This document shows, one piece after another, positions 1 through 8,767 of a stretch of 64,000 bases of DNA; positions within the stretch are counted from its first letter, which is position 1; every line of letters starts with the position of its first letter. The translations under genes were made by a program, and so were the position numbers. A model generated the notes under the pieces. It saw nothing but the letters and a program-made list of their open reading frames with translations, was not told the origin of the DNA and made no database searches. The DNA comes from Polyangia bacterium (lineage in GTDB: Bacteria > Myxococcota_A > Polyangia > Polyangiales > Polyangiaceae), in assembly GCA_030426145.1 (NCBI GenBank), contig JAUHZF010000008.1:819-64818 (forward strand), in the 5' to 3' direction.

Positions 1-1309
1 CTCCCCGCAGACGTCGCAGCCAGGCGCCGATCTTGGCTTCGAGGCCGCGGTCGGTGGGACGGTAGAATCGACGGCCGGCGAGCCGCTCGGGCAGGTAGCG
101 CTCACCGCGCGCGAAGCCGTCGGCCTCGTTGTGGGCGTAGCGGTACCCGTCGCCGTAGCCCATGTTCTTCATGAGCTTGGTCGGGGCGTTGCGTAGGTGC
201 ATGGGGACCGGAAGCGCGCCGTGCTCGCGCACCGCCGCCTGCGCCTCGTGCCAGGCAACGTTGGCGGCGTTCGACTTGGGCGCGCACGCCAGATAGGTCA
301 CCGCCTGCGCCATGGGATAGAGCCCCTCGGGAAGACCGAGCCGTTGGAACGCCTGGTCAGCCGCCATCGCCAGCTGGAGCGCACGCGGGTCGGCGTTCCC
401 TATGTCTTCGCTCGCGAAGATGATGATCCGGCGCATCACGAAGAGCGGGTCTTCGCCGGCTTCGATCATGCGCATCATCCAGTAGACCGCGGCGTCCGGA
501 TCGGAACCCCGCATCGATTTGATGAAGGCGCTGACCACGTTGTAGTGCTCGTCGCCCGACTTGTCGTAGAGCAGCGGCTCGTGGCCGATCACCTCGCGCA
601 CCACGTCGGCCGTGATCGCGCCCATGCCCGCCTGGTTCACCGCCACCTCGAGCAGCCCCAGGGCCCGCCGCGCGTCGCCTCGGGCCGCGGTCGCGATCAC
701 CCCACGCGCCTCGGCGTCCATCTCCTTGCGCCCCGCGTAGCCTTCCGGATGGGCGAGCGCGCGCGACAGCACCTCGTCGGTCTCGTCTTCGGACAGGGGC
801 TCGAGGCGATAGGTCACGCACCGCGACAACAGCGGCGCGTTCAACGAGAACGACGGGTTCTCGGTCGTGGCCCCGATGAGCGAGACGGTGCCGTCTTCGA
901 CATGCGGCAAGAAGGCATCCTGCTGCGACTTGTTGAAGCGGTGGATCTCGTCGACGAAGAGGATCGTCGCCTCACCGGTCTCGCCCCGACGCTCGTCCGC
1001 CTCGGCCACGATCTCCCGCACGCGCGCCACACCGCCCAGCACTGCGCTGAAGGTAACGAAGGCCGCCGTCACGTGCTCGGCAATGGCGCGCGCGAGCGTG
1101 GTCTTTCCGCACCCCGGAGGTCCCCACAGCAGGATGGACGGCAGGCGCGCAGCGTCGACCGCCCGCCACAGTGGCCCCCCCGGCTTGAGGAGCTCACGGT
1201 GCCCGATCACCTCCTCGAGCCGCCGCGGCCGCACCCGTTCGGCGAGCGGCGCGGGCCCCTTGGGAGCCGTCGCGAAGAGACTCTTCTGCGCCTTGGGTTG
1301 CCGGGCCAC
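1..1309 (-). CDS. rarA: Replication-associated recombination protein A (RarA/MgsA, AAA+ ATPase); the C-terminal end runs off the window
   Basis: This minus-strand frame is absent from the ORF track because it has no stop inside the window. My translation from the GTG at 1309 gives VARQPKAQKSLFATAPKGPAPLAERVRPRRLEEVIGHRELLKPGGPLWRAVDAARLPSILLWGPPGCGKT, a RarA-type N-terminus with Walker A. An in-frame TAA lies just upstream. The listed 197..1537 + ORF is its Arg/His-rich antisense shadow. Confidence 0.85.
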   Translation of the reverse strand, partial: MARQPKAQKSLFATAPKGPAPLAERVRPRRLEEVIGHRELLKPGGPLWRAVDAARLPSILLWGPPGCGKTTLARAIAEHVTAAFVTFSAVLGGVARVREIVAEADERRGETGEATILFVDEIHRFNKSQQDAFLPHVEDGTVSLIGATTENPSFSLNAPLLSRCVTYRLEPLSEDETDEVLSRALAHPEGYAGRKEMDAEARGVIATAARGDARRALGLLEVAVNQAGMGAITADVVREVIGHEPLLYDKSGDEHYNVVSAFIKSMRGSDPDAAVYWMMRMIEAGEDPLFVMRRIIIFASEDIGNADPRALQLAMAADQAFQRLGLPEGLYPMAQAVTYLACAPKSNAANVAWHEAQAAVREHGALPVPMHLRNAPTKLMKNMGYGDGYRYAHNEADGFARGERYLPERLAGRRFYRPTDRGLEAKIGAWLRRLRG

Positions 1310-1430
1310 CCGCGCACCTTAGAGCCAACGCCCATCGAAAAGGAACGCGACGATGCCTCCAGCCTCCGAACGGCGCTGGCGCTTCCGATGGGATCCGCGC
1401 GCGTCGCGCGTCGTGCTCGTCCTCGCGCTC

Positions 1431-1493
1431 GAACCTCGAACCTCGAACCCGGAACCTCGAACCCGGAACCTCGAACCTCGAACCCGGAACCTC
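1431..1493. repeat. Tandem heptamer microsatellite (GAACCTC/GAACCCG, about 9 units) upstream of rarA
   Basis: Read directly: gaacctc gaacctc gaacccg gaacctc gaacccg gaacctc gaacctc gaacccg gaacctc. The 7-bp period is not a multiple of 3. It lies between the lipoprotein stop (1509) and the rarA start (1309). Confidence 0.8.
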
Positions 1494-1508
1494 GAAGCGC
1501 CTACCTGG

Positions 1509-1934
1509 TCACTCGGTCGCTTGTTTGCGCAGGATGATCGAGCGGCCGTCCGGGAGCATCCAGCGGAGCCGATCCTCACCCTCGAAGCGCATGGCGACTT
1601 CGTCCTGAATCCCCTGCGGGCGGTGGAAGACGAGGTTGAGGTCATCCTCGGTCGCCCGGGCGATCTTGTAGGTGCCGGTGCGGGGGCTCTCCGCGGGAAT
1701 GCCCACCGTGACCTGGCTTCCCTTGAACTCGAAGAAGGTCCCTTGGACCCAGCCGACGGCACGGTCGGCCTGAGCCGGATCGAACTGCTCGATACGCTCC
1801 CCCACCCAGCGTCCGGACAGCCGCTCCTTCGGCGTATCGTCGCAGCCCGTCAGCCCCGGCACCAAGAGGAGCAGGGCCGTGAAAGGGGTGCGAGCGCGGG
1901 CGAAGAGGAGTTTCAGCTGGCGCACGAACTTCAT
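1509..1934 (-). CDS. Small lipoprotein of unknown function
   Basis: 141-aa ORF with a basic N-region, a hydrophobic core and a lipobox (LLLLVPGLTGC). The composition is balanced, with K, F, I and Y present. Confidence 0.7.
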   Translation of the reverse strand: MKFVRQLKLLFARARTPFTALLLLVPGLTGCDDTPKERLSGRWVGERIEQFDPAQADRAVGWVQGTFFEFKGSQVTVGIPAESPRTGTYKIARATEDDLNLVFHRPQGIQDEVAMRFEGEDRLRWMLPDGRSIILRKQATE

Positions 1935-2026
1935 GTTTCGAATGGTACCGGGCTCACACCTACAACCGTCAACATTATCGCACCCTTGAATACATCTGTT
2001 CAGGTACGGTTCTGTGTGGGTGTCCG

Positions 2027-2809
2027 GTGGCCAAATCGCCGCGCGCGGGTTATGCCCGCGGCGTGGCCACGCCTTTCAGCGATCGACTGCTCGACGCCGA
2101 CACGCGGCGCGCACACCTGCGCGACGTGATCCGACGCACGCAGGCGAGCGACCGCCCGGTCGTCGTCTTCGACCTCGATGGGACCCTCCTCGACAACCGT
2201 CCCCGTACCGTCGCCATCCTCCGAGAGCTGGCCCATCAATGGCAGGAGCACGAGGAGCGTCAGGACCACGCCAAGACGCTGCACGGCGCGACCGTCGACG
2301 ACACGGTCTACAGCCTGGCTGAGAACCTTCAGCGCTTGGGTGTGCACGAGGACCACCACGAGCCCGCCTTCGACTTCTGGAAGGAACGCTTCTTCCACGA
2401 CGACTACATGCACCACGACGTCGCCCTGCCCGGGGCGGTCGATTTCGCGCGCACCCTCTACGCGGCGGGGGCGAACCTCGTGTACCTCACCGGCCGCGAC
2501 CTCCCCGGCATGGCCCTCGGTACCTTCAAGTCCCTTCGCGACGAGGGGTTCCCCATCGGCATCGTCGGCACCGAGCTGGTGGTGAAGCCGGACTTCGACA
2601 CCCCCGACCCCGCCTTCAAGAAGGACGTGGCCGAAACCCTCGACCGCCTCGGCGAAGTCGTCGCGGCGTTCGACAACGAGGCCGCGAACTGTAACCTGCT
2701 CCTCGAGGAGCATCCCGCGTGCCTCACCTTCTTCGTCGATACGCTCTGCGCTCCCAACCCTCCGGCGCTGCGCCCCGAGGTGCACGTCATCGACCACTTC
2801 GAGATTTGA
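2027..2809 (+). CDS. HAD-superfamily hydrolase
   Basis: HAD motif I (VVVFDLDGTLLDN), then LTGR and a C-terminal acidic motif (FDNE). The start may lie slightly downstream of 2027. Confidence 0.75.
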   Translation: MAKSPRAGYARGVATPFSDRLLDADTRRAHLRDVIRRTQASDRPVVVFDLDGTLLDNRPRTVAILRELAHQWQEHEERQDHAKTLHGATVDDTVYSLAENLQRLGVHEDHHEPAFDFWKERFFHDDYMHHDVALPGAVDFARTLYAAGANLVYLTGRDLPGMALGTFKSLRDEGFPIGIVGTELVVKPDFDTPDPAFKKDVAETLDRLGEVVAAFDNEAANCNLLLEEHPACLTFFVDTLCAPNPPALRPEVHVIDHFEI

Positions 2810-4116
2810 GACGCCGGTGGATCCTCCTCGCGGCCCTCGGGCCGCTTGGCTGCGACGCGGCCATCTTCGGGCCCAACCCCTCCCGCAGTGATCCCACCGC
2901 CTCGCCGACGGCGAGCGTGACCCCCGAGCCCCTCGACGACGACCCGCGCGAGGGCGATGGTGACGACGCCGTTCCCAAGCCCACGCCGACGGGAGACGGC
3001 AAAGATGGCAAGCCGCGCGTGCCGCCCGAGCCATTGGCCGCGGACCTGCCGCTGCCCCGCGATCGGATCCGCGGCCAAGAGCTGAGCGGCCTCGAGCTCA
3101 CGCTCGCCCTGCGCCGCGCCGCCGTGCCCGCCGCCCCCAACGCGCCCGAAGTCGCCACCGAGGCGCTTCGGGCGCTGCAGGCCGAGGGTCAACCCGAGCT
3201 CGAGGTGCAGCTGACCGACCGCGGCCGGATGCAGATGACGATGAAGGAGGGCTTCCTCCTCGAGGCGAAGACGCGCCTCGTGGCCCGACAGGAGCGCTAC
3301 GGCTACGCGATGCTGTGGCCGCGGCGCGATCGCTACCGCGTCGTGCCGCCCGGCGCCCTGCGGGCCCTCCTCGGTGAAGGGCGCCTCGACGTGACCCAGC
3401 TCTCCGTCGGTCGTGCCGAATCGCTGCCGGCGGGGGAGCGGCTCGGCTACGCGCTCGAACGCCACCGCATCAAGACACCCATCGGCCACGCCGACCTCGA
3501 TCTCGCCGAGGTCCCGGAGGCCGGGGCCGCGACCGGCCTCTTGTGCCGATTCGTGATCGAGCTCGTGGGGGCGAGCCCGGCGCATCCGATCTGTGAGAAG
3601 AACCGCGTGCTGCTCGGGGCCGAGCTGCGCTGGACCACCGGCAAAGAGGAGGAGACGACCCCGGGCCTCCGCCTCGAGGTCACCGCCCTTCGCCGCAGCG
3701 AGACCCTGGAGCCCGGTCCCTTTGCCATGCCGCCCCCGTCCTCCCGCTTCGCTTCGGGGGTGCCGGCGCGATCGCCAGGGGTCTTGCTCGGCGGCAAAGC
3801 CCTGGAGCGCTTCCGAACCGGCCCCACCTCGCCGCCCGAGTCGGGTCCGACGCTCCTGCCCGCGGTGGAGGCCGTCAACGCCTCCGACCGCCTGCTGACC
3901 CTCTTCGTCGACGCCGTGCCCGTCGCCAACGTCGCGCCGTGGCAGTCCCTCCGCGTCGAGGGCTTCGCCCCCGGTCGCTACGTGGTCCACTGGCGCTCGT
4001 TCTTCGGGGACGCGGTCGGTCCGACCGCCGAACAGTGGCTGCCGGCCAAGGTCACCAACGCGCCACCGAACGAACCGGAGACGCCCCCCGAAGCCGTCCC
4101 TCCAGCCCCGCCTTGA
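2806..4116 (+). CDS. Lipoprotein of unknown function
   Basis: The track ORF 2719..4116 overlaps the HAD gene. An in-frame TTG at 2806 overlaps the HAD stop (tTTGa) and gives MRRRWILLAALGPLGC, a signal peptide plus lipobox. The TTG start is inferred. Confidence 0.6.
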   Translation: MRRRWILLAALGPLGCDAAIFGPNPSRSDPTASPTASVTPEPLDDDPREGDGDDAVPKPTPTGDGKDGKPRVPPEPLAADLPLPRDRIRGQELSGLELTLALRRAAVPAAPNAPEVATEALRALQAEGQPELEVQLTDRGRMQMTMKEGFLLEAKTRLVARQERYGYAMLWPRRDRYRVVPPGALRALLGEGRLDVTQLSVGRAESLPAGERLGYALERHRIKTPIGHADLDLAEVPEAGAATGLLCRFVIELVGASPAHPICEKNRVLLGAELRWTTGKEEETTPGLRLEVTALRRSETLEPGPFAMPPPSSRFASGVPARSPGVLLGGKALERFRTGPTSPPESGPTLLPAVEAVNASDRLLTLFVDAVPVANVAPWQSLRVEGFAPGRYVVHWRSFFGDAVGPTAEQWLPAKVTNAPPNEPETPPEAVPPAPP

Positions 4117-4234
4117 CCGCGCCCTCGCGAGAGCGAATACCGGTCGGGCGAGCCCCCCGGTAGGGCTGGACGCGCGGTGGTCGCCGCGATAGACCCCTCG
4201 CCCCTTCACCCCGCGAGAAGGATCCCCCAAAACG

Positions 4235-6181
4235 ATGCGGTTTCTGGTCCGAGCGTCCCATGACGGGACGCGCTCCAACGAGGATGTGCGTGGTCCCTTC
4301 GACCGCGACGCCATCGTCGCCATGGTCGACGGCGGCGACCTCTCGTGGGAGCACCTCGCCTGTCCAGAAAGTGAAGCATTTTGGGCACCTCTCGGCGCTT
4401 GGGCCGCGCTGGCGCTCGAGGTCCCGCCCCCAGACGGCGACCTGCGTGAGGTGGCGACCGACGCCCCGAAGACCTGGTTGAACCTCGCCCCTCAGGTTCG
4501 CGACGCACTGCGTTGGTGGTTGCTCGACGGTGACGATGTCCGGGGCCCGCTCAGCACCGAAACCCTCCTCGAGGAGCTCGACGAGCAGGTCGACGAAGAC
4601 GACCCCCGACTGGTCACCATGGTGGGCGAGTCGGCGTGGTACCCGGTCGAGACCTTGGCCCGCCGTGACAGCTGGCGCGCGCTCGCCAGCAGCGAGGTGC
4701 CGGGTAGCCTCTGCGACGTCTGCCTCGAGCGCATCCCGGCCGACAGCCACACCTGCCCCGAGTGCGGTGAGCGCGTGGCCCCGGCTTCGTCGATTCGCGC
4801 CGCCTCGATCCCGGACGCCGCCGACACACAGTCGTTGTTGCGCCAGCACTGGCGCCCGCTGCTCACCGGCGTCGTTCTCACCGGTCTCCTGTCCTCGGGA
4901 GTCGTGCTTCGCCACGTCGCCCCCGCGCGGTACGAGCCGCCGCAGGACAGCCTCGCCCCCGCCGCCCCCGCCGAGCCCCGCTGCGAAGAGGCGTGCTGGC
5001 GCGACGAAGCGTGTCAGGTCGGCCGATGCGTTTGGGCCCCGTCCAACGAGGTCGGGCACATCGACCCCGAGGCGCTCACGATCTCCGGTCCATTCTCGCT
5101 CCCCGCCGAAGTGAGCGACGTGCTGCCGCTCGACACCGACCGGTTCGCGGTGGCCTCGCTGCGCGGGGTCTACATCCAGAACGCACGCACCGGCAGCCCC
5201 ATCAGCCTCGTGAGCGACGCGCCCCACGCGCAGCAGCTCTACCGCATCGGCGAGGTGGTCTACGCCACCGCCCCCCACCGCATCTACGTCATCGACGTGG
5301 CCAGCACCGAGGTTCGCAAGACGGTCGAGGTGGGTCACGCCGTCGCCGACATCGCGGTCGGCGCCTCGGGTCAGCGGGTGCTCGCCTCCATGCCCGGCGG
5401 CAAGGCGGTGGCCGTCATCTCCACCGACTACCACGCCGAGGTTGCGCGCTTCCATTTCGGTGACGACCACGTGGGCCCCGTCGCCTTCGACGACTCGGGC
5501 GAGCTCGCGCTGACCACCAACGGGCAGATCCCCCTCGCTGGCCTGCGCGCCTCCCGCGAAGCCACGCGATACGGCGCCATGTACGCCTTCGACCCCGAGC
5601 GCCTGCCGTCCGAGCAGGACCGCGTGCGCACCGGCTTCGTGGGCAACCCCGCCGACGTGGCCATCGCCCCCGACGAAGCGCGCACCAGCTACGTCCTGCT
5701 GCGCGAAGAAGACACGGTGGTCAAGCTCGAGCGGCAGCCGAATGGCGCCCTCCGCCAGAGCGCCCGGTGGAAGACCTGTCGCCAACCAGAAGAGATCGAG
5801 ATCGTGCAGCGCGGCCGGCGCGCCATCGTGCGTTGCAACATGGGCAAGGCGATCGAGATCTTCTCCCTCGAGCCCACGAGCCAAGGCCCCACCAACGTGG
5901 CGGCCCACAAGGACGACGCGAAGGCAGCCCGGCTGCTCAAGCACATTCCGCTCGCCGAGCGTGTGAGCGACATGAAGGTCAGCCCCGACGGCGAGCAAGT
6001 GATGCTCGCGCTGTCGCGGGACGGAGACAACGCGGGGGCCCTCGCCATCGTCGATCTCGACGATGGTGAGGTGAAGCAGTTCGATCTCGGTGGTACGCCG
6101 CACCAGATCCGCGTCACGCCCGACGGGCGCACCGCGGTGGTGCTGAGCGAGCGGTCGAAGGTGGCCTGGGTGATTCGGTGA
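4235..6181 (+). CDS. Membrane-anchored protein: two GYF_2-like N-terminal modules, a zinc ribbon, one TM segment and a C-terminal beta-propeller-like repeat domain
   Basis: CDVCLERIPADSHTCPECG zinc ribbon; TM segment LLTGVVLTGLLSSGVVL; repeated strand-rich blocks such as VYATAPHRIYVIDVAS and VLASMPGGKAVAVIS, typical of YncE/lactonase-type propellers. The 1163-aa minus ORF 4052..7543 is an antisense shadow. Confidence 0.7.
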   Translation: MRFLVRASHDGTRSNEDVRGPFDRDAIVAMVDGGDLSWEHLACPESEAFWAPLGAWAALALEVPPPDGDLREVATDAPKTWLNLAPQVRDALRWWLLDGDDVRGPLSTETLLEELDEQVDEDDPRLVTMVGESAWYPVETLARRDSWRALASSEVPGSLCDVCLERIPADSHTCPECGERVAPASSIRAASIPDAADTQSLLRQHWRPLLTGVVLTGLLSSGVVLRHVAPARYEPPQDSLAPAAPAEPRCEEACWRDEACQVGRCVWAPSNEVGHIDPEALTISGPFSLPAEVSDVLPLDTDRFAVASLRGVYIQNARTGSPISLVSDAPHAQQLYRIGEVVYATAPHRIYVIDVASTEVRKTVEVGHAVADIAVGASGQRVLASMPGGKAVAVISTDYHAEVARFHFGDDHVGPVAFDDSGELALTTNGQIPLAGLRASREATRYGAMYAFDPERLPSEQDRVRTGFVGNPADVAIAPDEARTSYVLLREEDTVVKLERQPNGALRQSARWKTCRQPEEIEIVQRGRRAIVRCNMGKAIEIFSLEPTSQGPTNVAAHKDDAKAARLLKHIPLAERVSDMKVSPDGEQVMLALSRDGDNAGALAIVDLDDGEVKQFDLGGTPHQIRVTPDGRTAVVLSERSKVAWVIR

Positions 6182-6190
6182 GGTGATCCG

Positions 6191-7609
6191 GTGAGCGACG
6201 CGAACAAGACCAGCGCCCGTATCCCCTGTCCGCACTGCGAGACCATGATCGTCTCCGGTGCACGCAAGTGTCGTGGTTGCCGCCGTTGGCTCGACCCCAA
6301 GCGTCGGAGCGCACGTCGCTGGCGCGCAGCTGGCCTCGTCACCGGGCTTCTCTTTTCGCTCGGCATGGCCACCGTCGTCTCGCGCCACTCCCCCGTGGGC
6401 GTGGCGCCGCCGCTCACCCCGATGCCCGCCGGGGCCGACGAGGCCGTGACCGCGGTCGAAGACGCGCCGGCCGCCATCGCCCCCGAAGCCCAGGACGTGC
6501 AGCAGCCGCTCCTGCTCGACGACGAAGTCGACAATCCCATTCAGTGGCAGTCGACCAACATCCGCGTCGACGTTCGGCCCCTCGACGTCATCTTCAGCGC
6601 CGATGGGCAGTCGATCTACGTCAGCGGCGACGACGCCACCGTGCGCGAGTACGACGTGCGCACCGGTCGCCTCCGTCACATGCTCGCGGTGCCGGCGCAG
6701 GGCGATCGCCTCGTCCTGCTCTACGACCGCTACATCGCCGTCATCCGCAAGGGCGAGGCCTCGCACATCCCGGTCGTCGACACGCACTTCTGGGATCGCG
6801 ATCCGACCCTGCTCTGGGTGGGCGCCAAGCCGGCTGACATCGTGCCGCTCGGCGACGGCGCCACGGTGCTCACCGCCTCCAGCCGGGGCAAGCGGCTCTC
6901 GTGGTGGAACCTCGAGACCAAGCGCCGCCTCGCCAACATCAAGCTCCCGCACCGCACGGAGAAGCTCCTCACTTTCGAGCTCGACGACCGCACCTACGTG
7001 GGCGCCATGGGCTCGCTGCGTCGCGGCGGCCGCTACACCGGTAGCTGGATCGATCTCTTCGACCCCAGCGAGGTGCCCTTCGCGGCCACCCGCCGCTCCA
7101 TGGCCGTGGGTCGCGCTCCAGCTGGTGTCGTCGGCAGCGATCGAAAGCAGCTCCTCCTCGCCGACCGCGCGGCCAACCGCGCCACGCTCTACGACATGCA
7201 GGGCACCGACGCGCCGAAGTCGGTTCGTGTCGGCAACGAACCCATCGCCGCCTTCCTCATGCGTCAGGACCGCTACGGGGTGACCCTCGACGCCGAGTCG
7301 CACACCGCCACCGTCATCGACGCGAGCACCATGAAGCGACTCAACACGCTCATGCTCCCGGCCACGCCCAGCCACGGTGCGCTCTCGGCCGACCGCAAAC
7401 GGCTCTTCGTCTCGCTCGGCGGCGACAGCTGGCCGCCGCAGGGCTCCGGCGCAGTGGTCATCGGTGGTGACCCGCCCCAGGTCATGCAGCGCCTCGACAC
7501 CGGCCGCGGCGTCACGCGCGTGGCCACCCGCCGCGAGGGCCACGGCGCAGCCATCATCAGCTACGTCGACCGTCAGGTCACCGTGCTGACCCCGCGCGAC
7601 GCGAAGTAG
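6191..7609 (+). CDS. Zinc ribbon, TM segment and beta-propeller-like protein; paralogous architecture to the preceding gene
   Basis: CPHCETMIVSGARKCRGC zinc ribbon; TM segment AAGLVTGLLFSLGMATVV; propeller-like repeats (IYVSGDDATVREYDV, LFVSLGG). It starts 10 nt after the previous stop. Confidence 0.7.
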   Translation: MSDANKTSARIPCPHCETMIVSGARKCRGCRRWLDPKRRSARRWRAAGLVTGLLFSLGMATVVSRHSPVGVAPPLTPMPAGADEAVTAVEDAPAAIAPEAQDVQQPLLLDDEVDNPIQWQSTNIRVDVRPLDVIFSADGQSIYVSGDDATVREYDVRTGRLRHMLAVPAQGDRLVLLYDRYIAVIRKGEASHIPVVDTHFWDRDPTLLWVGAKPADIVPLGDGATVLTASSRGKRLSWWNLETKRRLANIKLPHRTEKLLTFELDDRTYVGAMGSLRRGGRYTGSWIDLFDPSEVPFAATRRSMAVGRAPAGVVGSDRKQLLLADRAANRATLYDMQGTDAPKSVRVGNEPIAAFLMRQDRYGVTLDAESHTATVIDASTMKRLNTLMLPATPSHGALSADRKRLFVSLGGDSWPPQGSGAVVIGGDPPQVMQRLDTGRGVTRVATRREGHGAAIISYVDRQVTVLTPRDAK

Positions 7610-7648
7610 CGCCGCACAGCCGCGCGGCGCAGCGTCGCCTCCGCGAGG

Positions 7649-7993
7649 TCAGTTGTTGGGACTCGTCGGGGCCGTGCCGCCTGCGCCGCCCATGCCTCCG
7701 GCACCGCCCATGCCTCCGGCACCGCCCATGCCTCCGGCGCCACCGATGCCGCCCATGCCGCCGGCGCCGTTCATGGCTCCGCCCGCGCCAGCCGTGGTCG
7801 CCGTGGTGCCGCTAGCGGCCGACGTCACGCCACCCACGCTCACGCCAGTCCCCGTGGAAGCGCTCGTAGACGTTCCGTCGTCATCGTCCGTGTCGCCAGC
7901 GGGCGGCTCGGGTTGGGGGTTGAAGCCGCACCCGTAGGGTGCCGCAGCCATCAAGGCCGCACAGAGAAACACCGTTCGAAGTCGCACGTTCAT
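7649..7993 (-). CDS. Gly/Ala-rich secreted lipoprotein, CGFNPQPEPP family, copy 3 of 3
   Basis: Signal peptide ending in Cys (AAPYGC), then the invariant GFNPQPEPP and a C-terminal (GGM/GGA)n tract. Its start overlaps the upstream paralog's stop. Confidence 0.7.
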   Translation of the reverse strand: MNVRLRTVFLCAALMAAAPYGCGFNPQPEPPAGDTDDDDGTSTSASTGTGVSVGGVTSAASGTTATTAGAGGAMNGAGGMGGIGGAGGMGGAGGMGGAGGMGGAGGTAPTSPNN

Positions 7994-8322
7994 CCGTTCC
8001 CACCTGCCCCACCGGCACCGCCGGCTCCTCCTGCTCCACCGGCACCGCCAGCCCCACCAGCGCCGCCGGCGCCACCCGCGGCCGCATCGCCGCCGGCACC
8101 GCCCGCGTTCTGGCCACCGGCCCCCGCGAGGCCAGCGCCACCAGCGCCCGCGGTGGTGGCGCTAGAGGAAGTACCGCTCGAGAACCCGCCACCGCTGCCG
8201 TCATTGGCGCCTGACCCGGAGAGGTTGTCTGCCGGCGGTTCAGGTTGGGGGTTGAAACCACATCCATAGGCGAGGGCCCCGACCGTGACCCCCGTGAGCG
8301 CTATCCAAAGCTGCTTGTTCAT
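7990..8322 (-). CDS. Gly/Ala-rich secreted lipoprotein, CGFNPQPEPP family, copy 2 of 3
   Basis: LAYGCGFNPQPEPP followed by (GGA)n. ATGA-type overlaps on both sides. Confidence 0.7.
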   Translation of the reverse strand: MNKQLWIALTGVTVGALAYGCGFNPQPEPPADNLSGSGANDGSGGGFSSGTSSSATTAGAGGAGLAGAGGQNAGGAGGDAAAGGAGGAGGAGGAGGAGGAGGAGGAGGNG

Positions 8323-8675
8323 TCGTTGCTACCCCCGGCCCCGCCTGCGCCACCGCTGCCACCCATGCCGCCGACACCACCCGCGCCGCCGGCACCGCCG
8401 GCACCACCAGCACCTCCAGCACCGCCGGCACCACCCATGCCTCCGTCACCGTTGCCCTGGCCACCACCGCCAGCGGGCGCGCCGTTGCCACCGGAGCCCG
8501 AGGTTCCGCTGGCCGAAGTGCTCTGGCCTCTGCCATCGCCGCCCGCCCCCTCGTTCAGCGCCGGGGGCTCCGGCTGCGGATTGAATCCGCACGCGTAGCT
8601 CCCGAGGGTGAGACCCAGGAGTACGCCGAGAACGAGGGGGTACTTCATGGCTCTAGGAAGATTAGCACGTGCCAT
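8319..8675 (-). CDS. Gly/Ala-rich secreted lipoprotein, CGFNPQPEPP family, copy 1 of 3
   Basis: GSYACGFNPQPEPP followed by (GGA)n. An alternative start is Met10 (MKYPLVLG..., 8648). Confidence 0.7.
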   Translation of the reverse strand: MARANLPRAMKYPLVLGVLLGLTLGSYACGFNPQPEPPALNEGAGGDGRGQSTSASGTSGSGGNGAPAGGGGQGNGDGGMGGAGGAGGAGGAGGAGGAGGVGGMGGSGGAGGAGGSNE

Positions 8676-8767
8676 GCCAGCCTAGGTGCCTGATGTTAGG
8701 TGCCTTTCAGCACCTCTAGGTGACGATCTGGCACACGCTGGCACGCCACCCTGATCTTCAGCGCGGA

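Noticed and set aside
197-1537. 446-aa plus-strand ORF covering the start of the window
   Set aside because: Its composition is Arg/His/Gly/Val-rich and poor in Lys, Ile, Asn and Phe, which is typical of a high-GC antisense shadow. The opposite strand encodes a clear RarA with a Walker A motif.
4052-7543. 1163-aa minus-strand ORF spanning two plus-strand genes
   Set aside because: It has shadow-ORF composition and no recognisable motifs. The plus-strand genes have zinc ribbons, TM helices and propeller-like repeats. The same reasoning rejects 8720..11044 +, 28949..30361 +, 30374..31564 +, 33807..35261 -, 37318..39609 -, 42217..43239 +, 44593..46101 +, 46384..47412 +, 47397..48782 +, 55104..56276 -, 56003..57322 -, 57607..59181 - and 59892..60836 +.
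7653-8598. Plus-strand ORFs encoding (PPA/PPM)n proline-rich proteins
   Set aside because: They are antisense to the Gly-rich lipoprotein genes. Only the minus-strand frames have signal peptides, a conserved motif and coupled start/stop overlaps.
8728-8745. Possible sigma-54 promoter (TGGCAC twice)
   Set aside because: The second element is TGGCA rather than TTGC(A/T) at the required spacing. The motif is on the plus strand, where no downstream gene exists. I kept it only as a direct repeat.
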